Shown: one piece after another, positions 16,941 to 23,844 of the stretch
Layout of the letters: every line of letters starts with the position of its first letter
Numbering within the stretch: the first letter of the stretch is position 1
Assembly (NCBI RefSeq): GCF_002075285.3
Contig: NZ_CP021983.2
Coordinates: forward strand, 1,980,001-2,012,000
Direction of reading: 5' to 3'
Source: Halomicronema hongdechloris C2206
Lineage (GTDB): Bacteria; Cyanobacteriota; Cyanobacteriia; Phormidesmidales; Phormidesmidaceae
Length of the DNA stretch: 32,000 nt
The notes under the pieces: model-generated
Seen by the model: the letters and a program-made list of their open reading frames with translations, nothing else
The model's database searches: none
What the model was told of the DNA's origin: nothing
Position numbers and translations under genes: made by a program

Positions 16941-17284
16941 CTACTATTTGGTACGCTCTTCAGCTAATCAATCGCCCGATTTTTCTCTGGAATGTTTTCC
17001 CGCTGCATCCCCATGAGCCAAATGACCAAATGACGAACCGCTGCCACAAAAAAGTTGAGCGTAAAGCTTTTCAAAAACTGAATTCGTGGCTTATTGAAAC
17101 TTTGAGACCTAAACAGGTGATTGCAATTGGTCGTGATGCTCAATGTTCAATAACCGAGCTTGGTATCAAGCCAGTAAAAATTCGACATCCTAGTTACGGA
17201 GGAAAGTCTGAATTTTTTGCAGGACTTTCTGAGGCTTACGGAATTTCAATTGCTTCCGAAGCTTACCAAGGAAAACTTTTTTAG
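16934..17284 (+). pseudogene. 5'-truncated uracil-DNA-glycosylase-superfamily gene remnant
   Basis: The open frame from 16934 reads QLTTIWYALQLINRPIFLWNVFPLHPHEPNDQMTNRCHKKVE...PKQVIAIGRDAQ...IRHPSYGG. This resembles the middle and C-terminal UDG motifs (N-x-x-P...NR...E, HPS). The N-terminal GExPG-type motif region is absent. AT-rich like the adjacent IS. Confidence 0.45.
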
Positions 17285-17401
17285 AAGAAATTTTTAGTAC
17301 TCTTGAGCTGCCAAAATCTGCTCCACCGTCAACCCCAACTCTGGAAACGTTAGACACGGCACTGTCTCCTCTTCCATATATTCCGGGCTCTCCTGGGATA
17401 A

Positions 17402-18184
17402 TTATGCAGCAGCAGGAGAAAAATGCCAGCAGATGAGGCAGCGGAGCCGAAATCGCTCAAAGTTGGTGAACCCGTAACCAGAGCGCTTGATCAACTTTAG
17501 GCGAGTATTGATGCCTTCGACGACACCGCTTGTGGTGCGGTGTTCAAAGTACTGGAGGATTTCGCCAAACCATCGCTTCATCGTTGCCACAGCCTCGGGG
17601 TAGAGGGATTGCGCGGTTCCCATCCAGCCCAGGAAACCCGGCAGGGCTTGAGCCCAAGACTGAGCCTCAAATAGAGTCCTAAAGGCTTCTTTGGTCTGAT
17701 GCATCAAGGCGAGTTTCGGCGAAACAGCTTTGACCTCAACGAGCTTGTCCTGCTGGGTCTTGGTGAGATGGGCTTCTGGCTTGAGGAGGGCATACTTACT
17801 GGATTTGAGCGCTGCTTTAGCCGCCTCAGGAGTGACGCCCTCGGCTAAAGCCTCGGGTGTCCGCCGGAGGGCGTTACGGGCTTGATTCAATTCCTGATTG
17901 ACCAGACTCATGACATGGAAACGGTCGGCCACAATCTCGGCTTGAGGCATCAGGCGATGCACTAAGCCCCGGTAATTGCCGGAGAGATCCATGCTGACTT
18001 CTTCAATGTTTGAGAGCACTTCGGCACCCCAGGTGTTGAGCACGGCTTCAATCGCCGCATGAGTCCGCGCTGGAGCCATCCCAATCAGCCTGTGAGTATC
18101 GAGGTCACTCAAGACCACAGCAAAGTCCTTGTGACCTTTACGTAGCGCGATTTCGTCGATGCCCAACCGCCGCAATCCACTCAA
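17402..18184 (-). CDS. ISL3 transposase, C-terminal DDE part (reached by a -1 shift)
   Basis: LGIDEIALRKGHKDFAVVLSDL..., ...VSMDLSGNYR..., ...ADRFHVM..., ...TSGVVEGINTRLKLIKRSGYGFTNFERFRLRCL are typical DDE_Tnp_ISL3 motifs. The frame stays open upstream through RKKVCIDLSG into the A-run. Confidence 0.8.
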   Translation of the reverse strand: MSGLRRLGIDEIALRKGHKDFAVVLSDLDTHRLIGMAPARTHAAIEAVLNTWGAEVLSNIEEVSMDLSGNYRGLVHRLMPQAEIVADRFHVMSLVNQELNQARNALRRTPEALAEGVTPEAAKAALKSSKYALLKPEAHLTKTQQDKLVEVKAVSPKLALMHQTKEAFRTLFEAQSWAQALPGFLGWMGTAQSLYPEAVATMKRWFGEILQYFEHRTTSGVVEGINTRLKLIKRSGYGFTNFERFRLRCLICWHFSPAAA

Positions 18185-18636
18185 GTCAATACAGACTTTT
18201 TTTCGCTGACATACTCCACCATGGACCAGACGATATCTTCGCTCAACCCGTGCTGTCGCGCCACATTAGCCGTATTACTATGAATCACCTCACTCACCAC
18301 CACCTCGGCATACCGGTCCGTGTACACCCGACGCGCGCCGACAAACTCCAGCTCCTCGCTGAAGGGTTTACCGCAGGTCGAACACTTAAACTGGCGGCGA
18401 TTCACCCGTAACCAGGTCTTCCGGTAATGGCTGATGGGTAGGTCACGCACCAGGTAGCCATGATTCTGATGGAGGTGGTGGCTCAAAGTCCCGCAGCGAG
18501 GACAGATTGCTGTGTCCCTGTGCGCTTCTACCTCCAGAATCAAGCCATCCTCGCTCTCCTGGTATGACTCCACATCAATGCCAGACAACCCCAAGAGTTC
18601 ACTCAAGAGAGGTACCATAGCGATACGGTATAGCAT
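18181..18636 (-). CDS. ISL3 transposase, N-terminal part (zinc-finger and HTH)
   Basis: CPRCG...H...RVNRRQFKCSTCGKPF is a zf-ISL3-type motif. The ORF ends ...VSEKKSVLT* directly after an A_AAA_AAG heptamer. Confidence 0.8.
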   Translation of the reverse strand: MLYRIAMVPLLSELLGLSGIDVESYQESEDGLILEVEAHRDTAICPRCGTLSHHLHQNHGYLVRDLPISHYRKTWLRVNRRQFKCSTCGKPFSEELEFVGARRVYTDRYAEVVVSEVIHSNTANVARQHGLSEDIVWSMVEYVSEKKSVLT

Positions 18637-18708
18637 CTACTACACCAGCATACTCATTCCTGCAGAGCCATATTCCGCCTTCCGATAATCCCTATCCTAA
18701 GGGCGTAT

Positions 18709-19127
18709 TTAACGGTTGGGGGAGTAGAGAACAGCAGGGTCTGGAACATGCGGAAATAGGGTTTCGAAGCGCTGATTGACCCAAGCGAGTTGCAAGAGCA
18801 AAAGATGGTTGAAGCCGTCCTCACTCCAGCGCATGCCGACCCCTTTGAACCGTTGTTGAATCAACCATTTGCAGGCACTTTCGACCATGCCGGAGCGGAA
18901 CGCTTCTCGCCAAACAGGGCTTGGGTGGCTCGGGCGAGGTGACCCGCCGCATGAAAGGAATCCAGTACCGCCACCGCACAGTGGCTGAAGCCGGTGCGAT
19001 ACACCCGCCAAAATCCCCGTCCCCCATCACTGAGCCAAATGACCTGAGGAGCCGACTCGAAGGACTGGCGTCGCGCTTCCAACTGCAGCTGCGGAATGAA
19101 CTCATCAATATCTCCCAAAACCGCCAC
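18709..19127 (-). pseudogene. ISKra4-like transposase remnant (5'-truncated and frameshifted)
   Basis: One frame reads ...VIWLSDGGRGFWRVYRTGFSHCAVAVLDSFHAAGHL... Another reads ...SGMVESACKWLIQQRFKGVGMRWSEDGFNHLLLLQLAWVNQRFETLF, a C-terminal motif typical of ISKra4-type DDE transposases. No N-terminal part was found upstream. Confidence 0.5.
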
Positions 19128-19493
19128 CAGTCTGCGGTGTTGGTTTGGGTACAGGGACTATTGTCCCTTACCCATTTTTCTTGTGGGGCTCCCCTGACTC
19201 CTGGATGCGCCCTATCCTAAACATCAGCATCGCTCCTGGACACCCTGCGGGAAGACGAAAAAGAGAAGCGCCAGGCGATAATCGGTCCAGACCAAGGCAC
19301 GTAATAGAGAGGGTTGCAGTTCCAGCATGGAGTGTGAATATAGGCAGTCCGGTGATCCATTATGGCAGGGGCTGGGGGCATCGGCATGGCCCCTGGCCTT
19401 TAATGTGAATAATGTTGGATTTTGGGGGAGTACTTCTGGAATTTGGAGAAAACTGTGGGAATACGTACTTGGCGTTGCGGACTATTCCTCGTT

Positions 19494-20078
19494 ATGCAGT
19501 ATCCCCTAGAACTCACCTTCAAATTTTGGGCCCTGGCTCCCCAGATCTCGGTGACGGATGCCAGTGGCCAGCTGATGCTGTACGTACGTCAGCGGTTATT
19601 CAAGCTACGCGAGGCGATTCACGTCTTCGCCGATGCCAAGCGGAGTCAGGAACTCTATCGCATCCAGGCCGACCGCATCATTGACTTTTCCGCCCGCTAC
19701 ACGTTTACAGATCCCCAGGGTATGGAGCTAGGGGCCGTTAAGCGCCGCGGTTGGCGCTCGATCTGGCGAGCCCGCTATGACATCTTTGACGGTGACGCGG
19801 TGAGCTTCACTATCCAGGAAGAAAATCCCTGGGTGAAGGTGTTCGACTCCCTCTTTGCAGAGGTGCCCATTGTTGGCATGTTTACGGGCTTTGTGTTTAA
19901 CCCGGTCTATCTGGTCAGTCGCCTTGATGGCCCAACGGTGATGCGGCTGGCGAAAAAGCCCACGTTTCTTTCCCGTAAGTTTACGGTCAAGCAGACAGCC
20001 TATCTGAGTGAGCCGGAGGCAACCCAGGTGGTGTTGAGCCTGCTGATGATGCTGTTGCTGGAGCGTAATCGAGGCTAA
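19494..20078 (+). CDS. conserved hypothetical protein, possibly LURP-one-related / scramblase-like (Tubby C-terminal-like) fold
   Basis: From the ATG at 19494: MQYPLELTFKFWALAPQISVTDASGQLMLYVRQRLFKLRE... Beta-rich repeats of short strands are followed by a C-terminal hydrophobic helix VVLSLLMMLLLERNRG. The family call is from memory only. Confidence 0.45.
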   Translation: MQYPLELTFKFWALAPQISVTDASGQLMLYVRQRLFKLREAIHVFADAKRSQELYRIQADRIIDFSARYTFTDPQGMELGAVKRRGWRSIWRARYDIFDGDAVSFTIQEENPWVKVFDSLFAEVPIVGMFTGFVFNPVYLVSRLDGPTVMRLAKKPTFLSRKFTVKQTAYLSEPEATQVVLSLLMMLLLERNRG

Positions 20079-20360
20079 AAACGACTGGGCAGGGAGTACC
20101 AGGTTGGGCCGAGTTGCGATCGCATCCTCATCCCAGCCGCGCCAAGCAAACGACGATTCCAGGCCGTGATGGAGCCAGCGTAGGAGCTGCCAGGGCAGTT
20201 CTACGAAGTTGCCATAAAGACCCATTGATTTTTCTTTGGGCCGCAACGATTTCTGCCTGGTCCTTTGCTATAGTCAGGCGGCTCTCTGTGAAGTTTCCAT
20301 GGGCCGCAGCGATTTTTCGGTGGGACGCCAGCATTTCTATGGGGGGCAGAGCGACAGTCG

Positions 20361-20392
20361 GAATTCAAAATTCAAAATTCAAAGTTCAAAAT
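20361..20392 (+). repeat. 32-nt octamer-based repeat, copy A1 (GAATTCAAAATTCAAAATTCAAAGTTCAAAAT)
   Basis: Built from AATTCAAA-like octamers. 30/32 identical to copy A2. Confidence 0.9.
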
Positions 20393-20476
20393 ACCCTGCG
20401 GCAAGCCTCGCTTCGCTCGTCTACAAAATTCAAAGGTAGATGAGTAGCATGCACCCCGTAGCGTCCCCTTCTACTT

Positions 20477-20556
20477 AATTTTGAATTGACAACGGTTCGA
20501 CAAGTTGCTCCTGCGGAGCCGCTACGCGAACACCCCATGCTTTGAATTTTGAATTG
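20477..20556 (+). repeat. REP-like module, copy 1 (AATTTTGAATTG-ACAACGGTTCGA...CACCCCATGCTTTGAATTTTGAATTG)
   Basis: Shares both ends and the ACGGTTCGA / CACCCCATGC cores with 21199-21254. Copy 1 has an extra ~25-nt insert. It ends 7 nt before the RAYT ATG. Confidence 0.75.
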
Positions 20557-20563
20557 TCTCGTC

Positions 20564-20761
20564 ATGCCACGACAACCGCGTCAACTCAAGCCCAATTACT
20601 GCTACCACGTCACCACTCGCTGCAATAATCGAGACTTTCGCCTGACTCGGGTCGAATGCAAAGAGGTTTTGCTGTATGCGATTGAGCGTTGCCAGGCCAA
20701 ATACGGCTTCAAGCTCTACGCTCTCTGCATCATGAGCAACCACGATAGAATTCAAAATTAG
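20564..20761 (+). pseudogene. REP-associated tyrosine transposase (RAYT, IS200/IS605-like Y1) 5' fragment
   Basis: MPRQPRQLKPNYCYHVTTRCNNRDFRLTRVECKEVLLYAIERCQAKYGFKLYALCIMSNH is the N-terminal third of a Y1 transposase. The frame leaves the family consensus just where the HUH motif (SNHVHLL) is expected, enters repeat A2 and stops. Confidence 0.65.
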
Positions 20762-20779
20762 AAATTCAAAGTTCAAAAT
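20748..20779 (+). repeat. 32-nt repeat, copy A2 (GAATTCAAAATTAGAAATTCAAAGTTCAAAAT)
   Basis: Contains the stop of the RAYT fragment and the first two bases of the ATG of the four-helix-bundle gene. Confidence 0.9.
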
Positions 20780-21161
20780 GAGTGAACAGCCCCTCAGGCC
20801 AATTACGGAGCGAACTTTCGAATTTGCGGTGCGGATTGTTAGGCTATGTGACAGCCTAGACAATAAGGCAAGGATAAGCTGCCCCCTGATCACGCAACTG
20901 ATTCGTTCTGGTACATCAGTAGGGGCCAATGTGGAGGAGTCCCAAGCTGCCCAAAGCAGGGCTGATTTCATTCATAAACTAGAGATTGCTTTGAAGGAGT
21001 TGCGGGAAACTCGATATTGGTTAAGGCTGTTGGTAGCGACCGAGATAGTGTCTGCAGGCAAGTTACAGGCTTTACTGACCGAGTCAGAGGAGTTGGTGAA
21101 GATTCTTTCGAAGATTATCGTGAATACGAAGAGGAAAGGAAATGAAGGAAGTCAAAATTAG
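20778..21161 (+). CDS. four-helix-bundle protein (23S rRNA intervening-sequence protein / Avd-like family)
   Basis: FEFAVRIVRLC..L......LITQLIRSGTSVGANVEESQAAQSRADFIHKLEIALKELRETRYWLRLL is a hallmark motif of this family (SIGANIAEG...S..DF..KL.IA.KE..ET.YWL.L). Confidence 0.85.
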   Translation: MSEQPLRPITERTFEFAVRIVRLCDSLDNKARISCPLITQLIRSGTSVGANVEESQAAQSRADFIHKLEIALKELRETRYWLRLLVATEIVSAGKLQALLTESEELVKILSKIIVNTKRKGNEGSQN

Positions 21162-21178
21162 AAATTCAAAGTTCAAAA
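21147..21178 (+). repeat. 32-nt repeat, copy A3 (GAAGTCAAAATTAGAAATTCAAAGTTCAAAAT)
   Basis: 31/32 identical to A2, with the last 28 nt perfect. Contains the stop codon of the four-helix-bundle gene. Confidence 0.9.
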
Positions 21179-21198
21179 TAAGTCGTTCTTTATCTCTC

Positions 21199-21254
21199 AA
21201 TTTTGAATTTTCAACGGTTCGATAAACTCACCCCATGCTTTGAATTTTGAATTG
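21199..21254 (+). repeat. REP-like module, copy 2
   Basis: AATTTTGAATTTTCAACGGTTCGATAAACTCACCCCATGCTTTGAATTTTGAATTG. Confidence 0.75.
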
Positions 21255-21280
21255 CTCTGCTGAGTTATTCGTTACTTCTC

Positions 21281-21314
21281 AATTTTGAATTTTCAACTTT
21301 GAATTTTGAATTTC
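21281..21314 (-). repeat. inverted copy of the octamer-based repeat
   Basis: The reverse complement GAAATTCAAAATTCAAAGTTGAAAATTCAAAATT shares the AAATTCAAAGTT(C/G)AAAAT core with A1-A3. Confidence 0.75.
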
Positions 21315-21409
21315 TACCGGTGCCAGGTAAGGGATCTTCGAAACACCGATTTTGCCGTGGGGAGAAGGTCTGAAATAACGAGTTTGGATCGAACTGAAGC
21401 GCTTATATG

Positions 21410-23404
21410 CTACAGTTTACAAGTCGTTGCACGAGAAAAGAGAAGCTCAAAACGCTCGAGGGCAGAACCGATCCCATAAGCCCGGCCAAAACCAAAAAAG
21501 CCCAGCCAAAAGCCAAACGGAGGGAGGTGGCCGCTTGGGGCAGCGGTGCTTAATGTTACATCCGAAAGCCCAATCCAGTTACCATCCACACGCCATCCCA
21601 CCCTATCGCCAAAGCACTGCCAGGCAGCTTCATCATACTCGCCATCCGGTGATCCGCCACACTCTTCTACGTAGATAGCTTTCTGCACACTGAAGCCAAA
21701 CTGGCCATCACTGGCATCCACCCAAAGCTGATCGAGTTTTAGGACGGCATTGCAGGGAAAAGTCTCTAGACTCTCAGAGTCCAACCAGCCTTCGGATTCT
21801 CGGTTGGCAACTTTCAGCATAATATTACGGGTTGCCTCATCGGCTTCTTTCCACTGTCCGGCATCCAGCAACTCTGCTAATCGCCTGTAGTCTTCATCTG
21901 CCCCAGACTCTAATGCTGTCTCATTCGGATCTAACGCTTCTCCTTCAGACGGTGCATCCTCTGGCAGTGCAGGGTTCGGCGAGGATGATAAGGGGACATC
22001 TTTCAGAGCCTGGTTAATGCCGAAGGTAATCAGGATGCCAACCCCGCCTAGACCCACCCATTTCAGAAATTGCTGTCGCGATATTGTGGCATCGCTAGTA
22101 GCTGTGGAGGATTGAGATGACGATCGAGGCGGCGTTGATTGGGGGGCTGTCTTAGGTCGGCGGCTCGCCGCGTCTCGATCAGTTGCTTCTGGCTGTCCAC
22201 CTTGGGTGTTGGTAGCTTGTCGTTGTCGGTCCGTCTCAGCCTGGCGTCTACGCTCGGCCTCTTCCTGGGCCTGCTGTTGGCGCCTTCTAGCAGCGCCCAG
22301 TCGCTGGCGTTCCAAGCCTAAGGCATACTCCTCCAGATCACGGCCATTCAGGGCGGCGCGTTCCATTGCGGCCACATCCTCGGGCTTTAGTCGCAGATGA
22401 GCTCGAAAATCAGCCAGGTCTTGTATGATACGAGGGCTCAGCGGGGTTTCGGTCTGCAGGCACTGCTGCAGGGTGTCCTGATATTCTTGCCGCTTGCGTT
22501 GATATTCCTGAAACGGCTTCAGCACCTCGGCTTCAATGGCCTCGGCTTCTGTATCTGAGAGCCCAAAGTCTTGTCGCAGCGCCCTCAGCAGGCGCTTGGC
22601 AGGAATGGAAAATTGCCCAGTAGCAGCTCGTTTCTCAGCTTCTTTGCGGTATTTCACCCTAGGATCATCCTGGGGTGAGCGGGCCAGTCGAATCCGATAG
22701 CCCTCGTCCTTCAGGGTGATCATCTTGGGGCTCATGGCCGGAGACGTATCCCTGACCTTGCGGCCCGCAAAATGGTGCAGCTCATCGACGGTAATCACCC
22801 CATCTTCGTCTTCGTCGGCGGCACCGCTGACGATGCCTTCCACCAGATAACGGGTATAGATGGACAGATCGGCACCCTTCTCTTCGAAGGAATAGTCCAC
22901 TGCACTGGTGGAGGTCAGCACCACCCGCCCTTCTGCCCCCAGCTGCTCTGTCAAGTTGATGTCGCCATCATCCCGAGCCATCAGGTCACCGAAGGCGCCG
23001 CTGAAGCAGCAGTCCAGGATCAATACCTGATACTTGGCCTGACAGCTACGAACACAGTCGTGGACGAAACGGGCGGAGGTGGCAGTGGAGCGGACTAAGC
23101 GATTGTTGACCTTCTCGGTATTGCAGGCGGCGAAGTACAAGTCACGGCGCTCATCTTTGACCCCATGACCGGAGAAAAACAGCACAACCAAGTCATCTGG
23201 TTTCCGTCCTTGGAACCATAGTTCAATTTCCCGAGCTATGGTGGCATGGCTGGGATTGATGATCACCTTCACCTGGTCAAACCCGCCCAAGGTAGGTTCC
23301 TGCAGTACCTTCTGTAGTGCTGCCACGTCATTAGGAGCGGCTGGCAACGGCTGTAGACCTTTGCCATACTCGCCGACGCCGATTAAGAGGGCGTACTTCC
23401 CCAT
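21410..23404 (-). CDS. membrane-anchored orthocaspase (peptidase C14) with C-terminal GUN4 porphyrin-binding domain
   Basis: N-terminal p20-like domain KYALLIGVGEY..., catalytic His in VVLFFSGHG and catalytic Cys in QVLILDCCFSGAF. A helical/coiled-coil Arg/Gln/Glu-rich middle. One hydrophobic helix FLKWVGLGGVGILITFGINQAL. C-terminal GUN4 signature AGQWKEADEAT...FPCNAVLKLDQLWVDASDGQFGFSVQKAIY...VGW...APSGHLP. Confidence 0.85.
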   Translation of the reverse strand: MGKYALLIGVGEYGKGLQPLPAAPNDVAALQKVLQEPTLGGFDQVKVIINPSHATIAREIELWFQGRKPDDLVVLFFSGHGVKDERRDLYFAACNTEKVNNRLVRSTATSARFVHDCVRSCQAKYQVLILDCCFSGAFGDLMARDDGDINLTEQLGAEGRVVLTSTSAVDYSFEEKGADLSIYTRYLVEGIVSGAADEDEDGVITVDELHHFAGRKVRDTSPAMSPKMITLKDEGYRIRLARSPQDDPRVKYRKEAEKRAATGQFSIPAKRLLRALRQDFGLSDTEAEAIEAEVLKPFQEYQRKRQEYQDTLQQCLQTETPLSPRIIQDLADFRAHLRLKPEDVAAMERAALNGRDLEEYALGLERQRLGAARRRQQQAQEEAERRRQAETDRQRQATNTQGGQPEATDRDAASRRPKTAPQSTPPRSSSQSSTATSDATISRQQFLKWVGLGGVGILITFGINQALKDVPLSSSPNPALPEDAPSEGEALDPNETALESGADEDYRRLAELLDAGQWKEADEATRNIMLKVANRESEGWLDSESLETFPCNAVLKLDQLWVDASDGQFGFSVQKAIYVEECGGSPDGEYDEAAWQCFGDRVGWRVDGNWIGLSDVTLSTAAPSGHLPPFGFWLGFFGFGRAYGIGSALERFELLFSRATTCKL

Positions 23405-23409
23405 GGCTC

Positions 23410-23844
23410 CTAGTGTGAGCTTGCTTGGTCAGAGGTTGCTTGCCGATCCAGGATCTTAAGGCGCAGATTTGCTAACCGTTCGATGGTCTCTGCTGCCTGG
23501 TCTAGCTCTTGTTTATTACGGTACTCAATGCTGTAGGTCATACCGTCGATGTCACCCGAGAGGGTCAGGGTCTTGCCATAAAACTGGCTACCGAAAAAGT
23601 CCACCACTTTCCGCAGATTCTCGCGGTTGATCTCGGCGGTGAGAATGCCCATCAAAAACGCTGTGGCTCCAGGCTTGGCGGCATCCGGCATGTCGGTCTC
23701 CCTGGCCAGATGAGCTTCGCTAGCTAACTCGCCCGCCTGCAGCTCATCGGCTATAGTGAGCAAAAATTCTTCTAGCTGATCCCGGTCATATCCCAGACCA
23801 GCCTCACTGAAGTCGATCAAGACATGGTGAACCGAAGACATCAA
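23410..23844 (-). CDS. small acidic partner protein of the orthocaspase (possibly the EACC1 type of effector-associated constant component)
   Basis: 144-aa ORF whose stop lies 5 nt upstream of the caspase ATG, on the same strand. Its layout (acidic helical N-terminus, DAAKPGA segment, hydrophobic FLMGILTAEI, beta-rich C-half) fits my recollection of small constant partners of prokaryotic caspases. Not verifiable without an HMM search. Confidence 0.5.
   Translation of the reverse strand: MMSSVHHVLIDFSEAGLGYDRDQLEEFLLTIADELQAGELASEAHLARETDMPDAAKPGATAFLMGILTAEINRENLRKVVDFFGSQFYGKTLTLSGDIDGMTYSIEYRNKQELDQAAETIERLANLRLKILDRQATSDQASSH

Larger units (their letters stand above)
17386..18669 (-). mobile_element. 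ISL3-family insertion sequence (1284 bp) with 8-bp target site duplication
   Basis: IRs: GGCTCTCCTGGGATAATTATGC (17386-17407) versus the reverse complement of 18648-18669, GGCTCTGCAGGAATGAGTATGC (17/22). Identical ATATTCCG sits immediately outside both ends (17378-17385 and 18670-18677). Confidence 0.85.

Noticed and set aside
15713-17284. Precise excision of the IS630 element (1185 bp, a multiple of 3) would fuse the vapC stub in frame to the UDG-like frame, which suggested a single interrupted gene.
   Set aside because: The fused product would be 14 residues of PIN N-terminus followed by the middle of a UDG fold and makes no structural sense. Frame preservation has a 1 in 3 chance. The two sides differ in base composition.
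17290-17385. Short minus-strand frame ending ...CLTFPELGLTVEQILAAQEY* that resembles a DUF433-type C-terminus and might have been split by the ISL3 insertion.
   Set aside because: When I rejoined the sequence across the ISL3 target duplication, the frame met a stop only 7 codons upstream. At most about 27-34 codons remain, which is too short to support any call.
14231-20115. The 5.9-kb HIP1-free gap across the TA/IS region as evidence of foreign origin.
   Set aside because: Gaps of 3.8-4.8 kb without HIP1 also occur in clearly core regions (911-4688 and 4697-9475), so the gap is not statistically convincing by eye.
20778-21161. The four-helix-bundle protein as the Avd component of a diversity-generating retroelement.
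   Set aside because: No reverse transcriptase ORF and no template/variable repeat pair is visible anywhere in the window. Only the family resemblance exists.
20361-21314. The octamer-repeat array as a CRISPR array.
   Set aside because: The repeats are 32 nt but the intervening segments are about 355-370 bp and contain genes or gene fragments. There are only three direct copies, no partial palindrome typical of CRISPR repeats, and no cas genes in the window.
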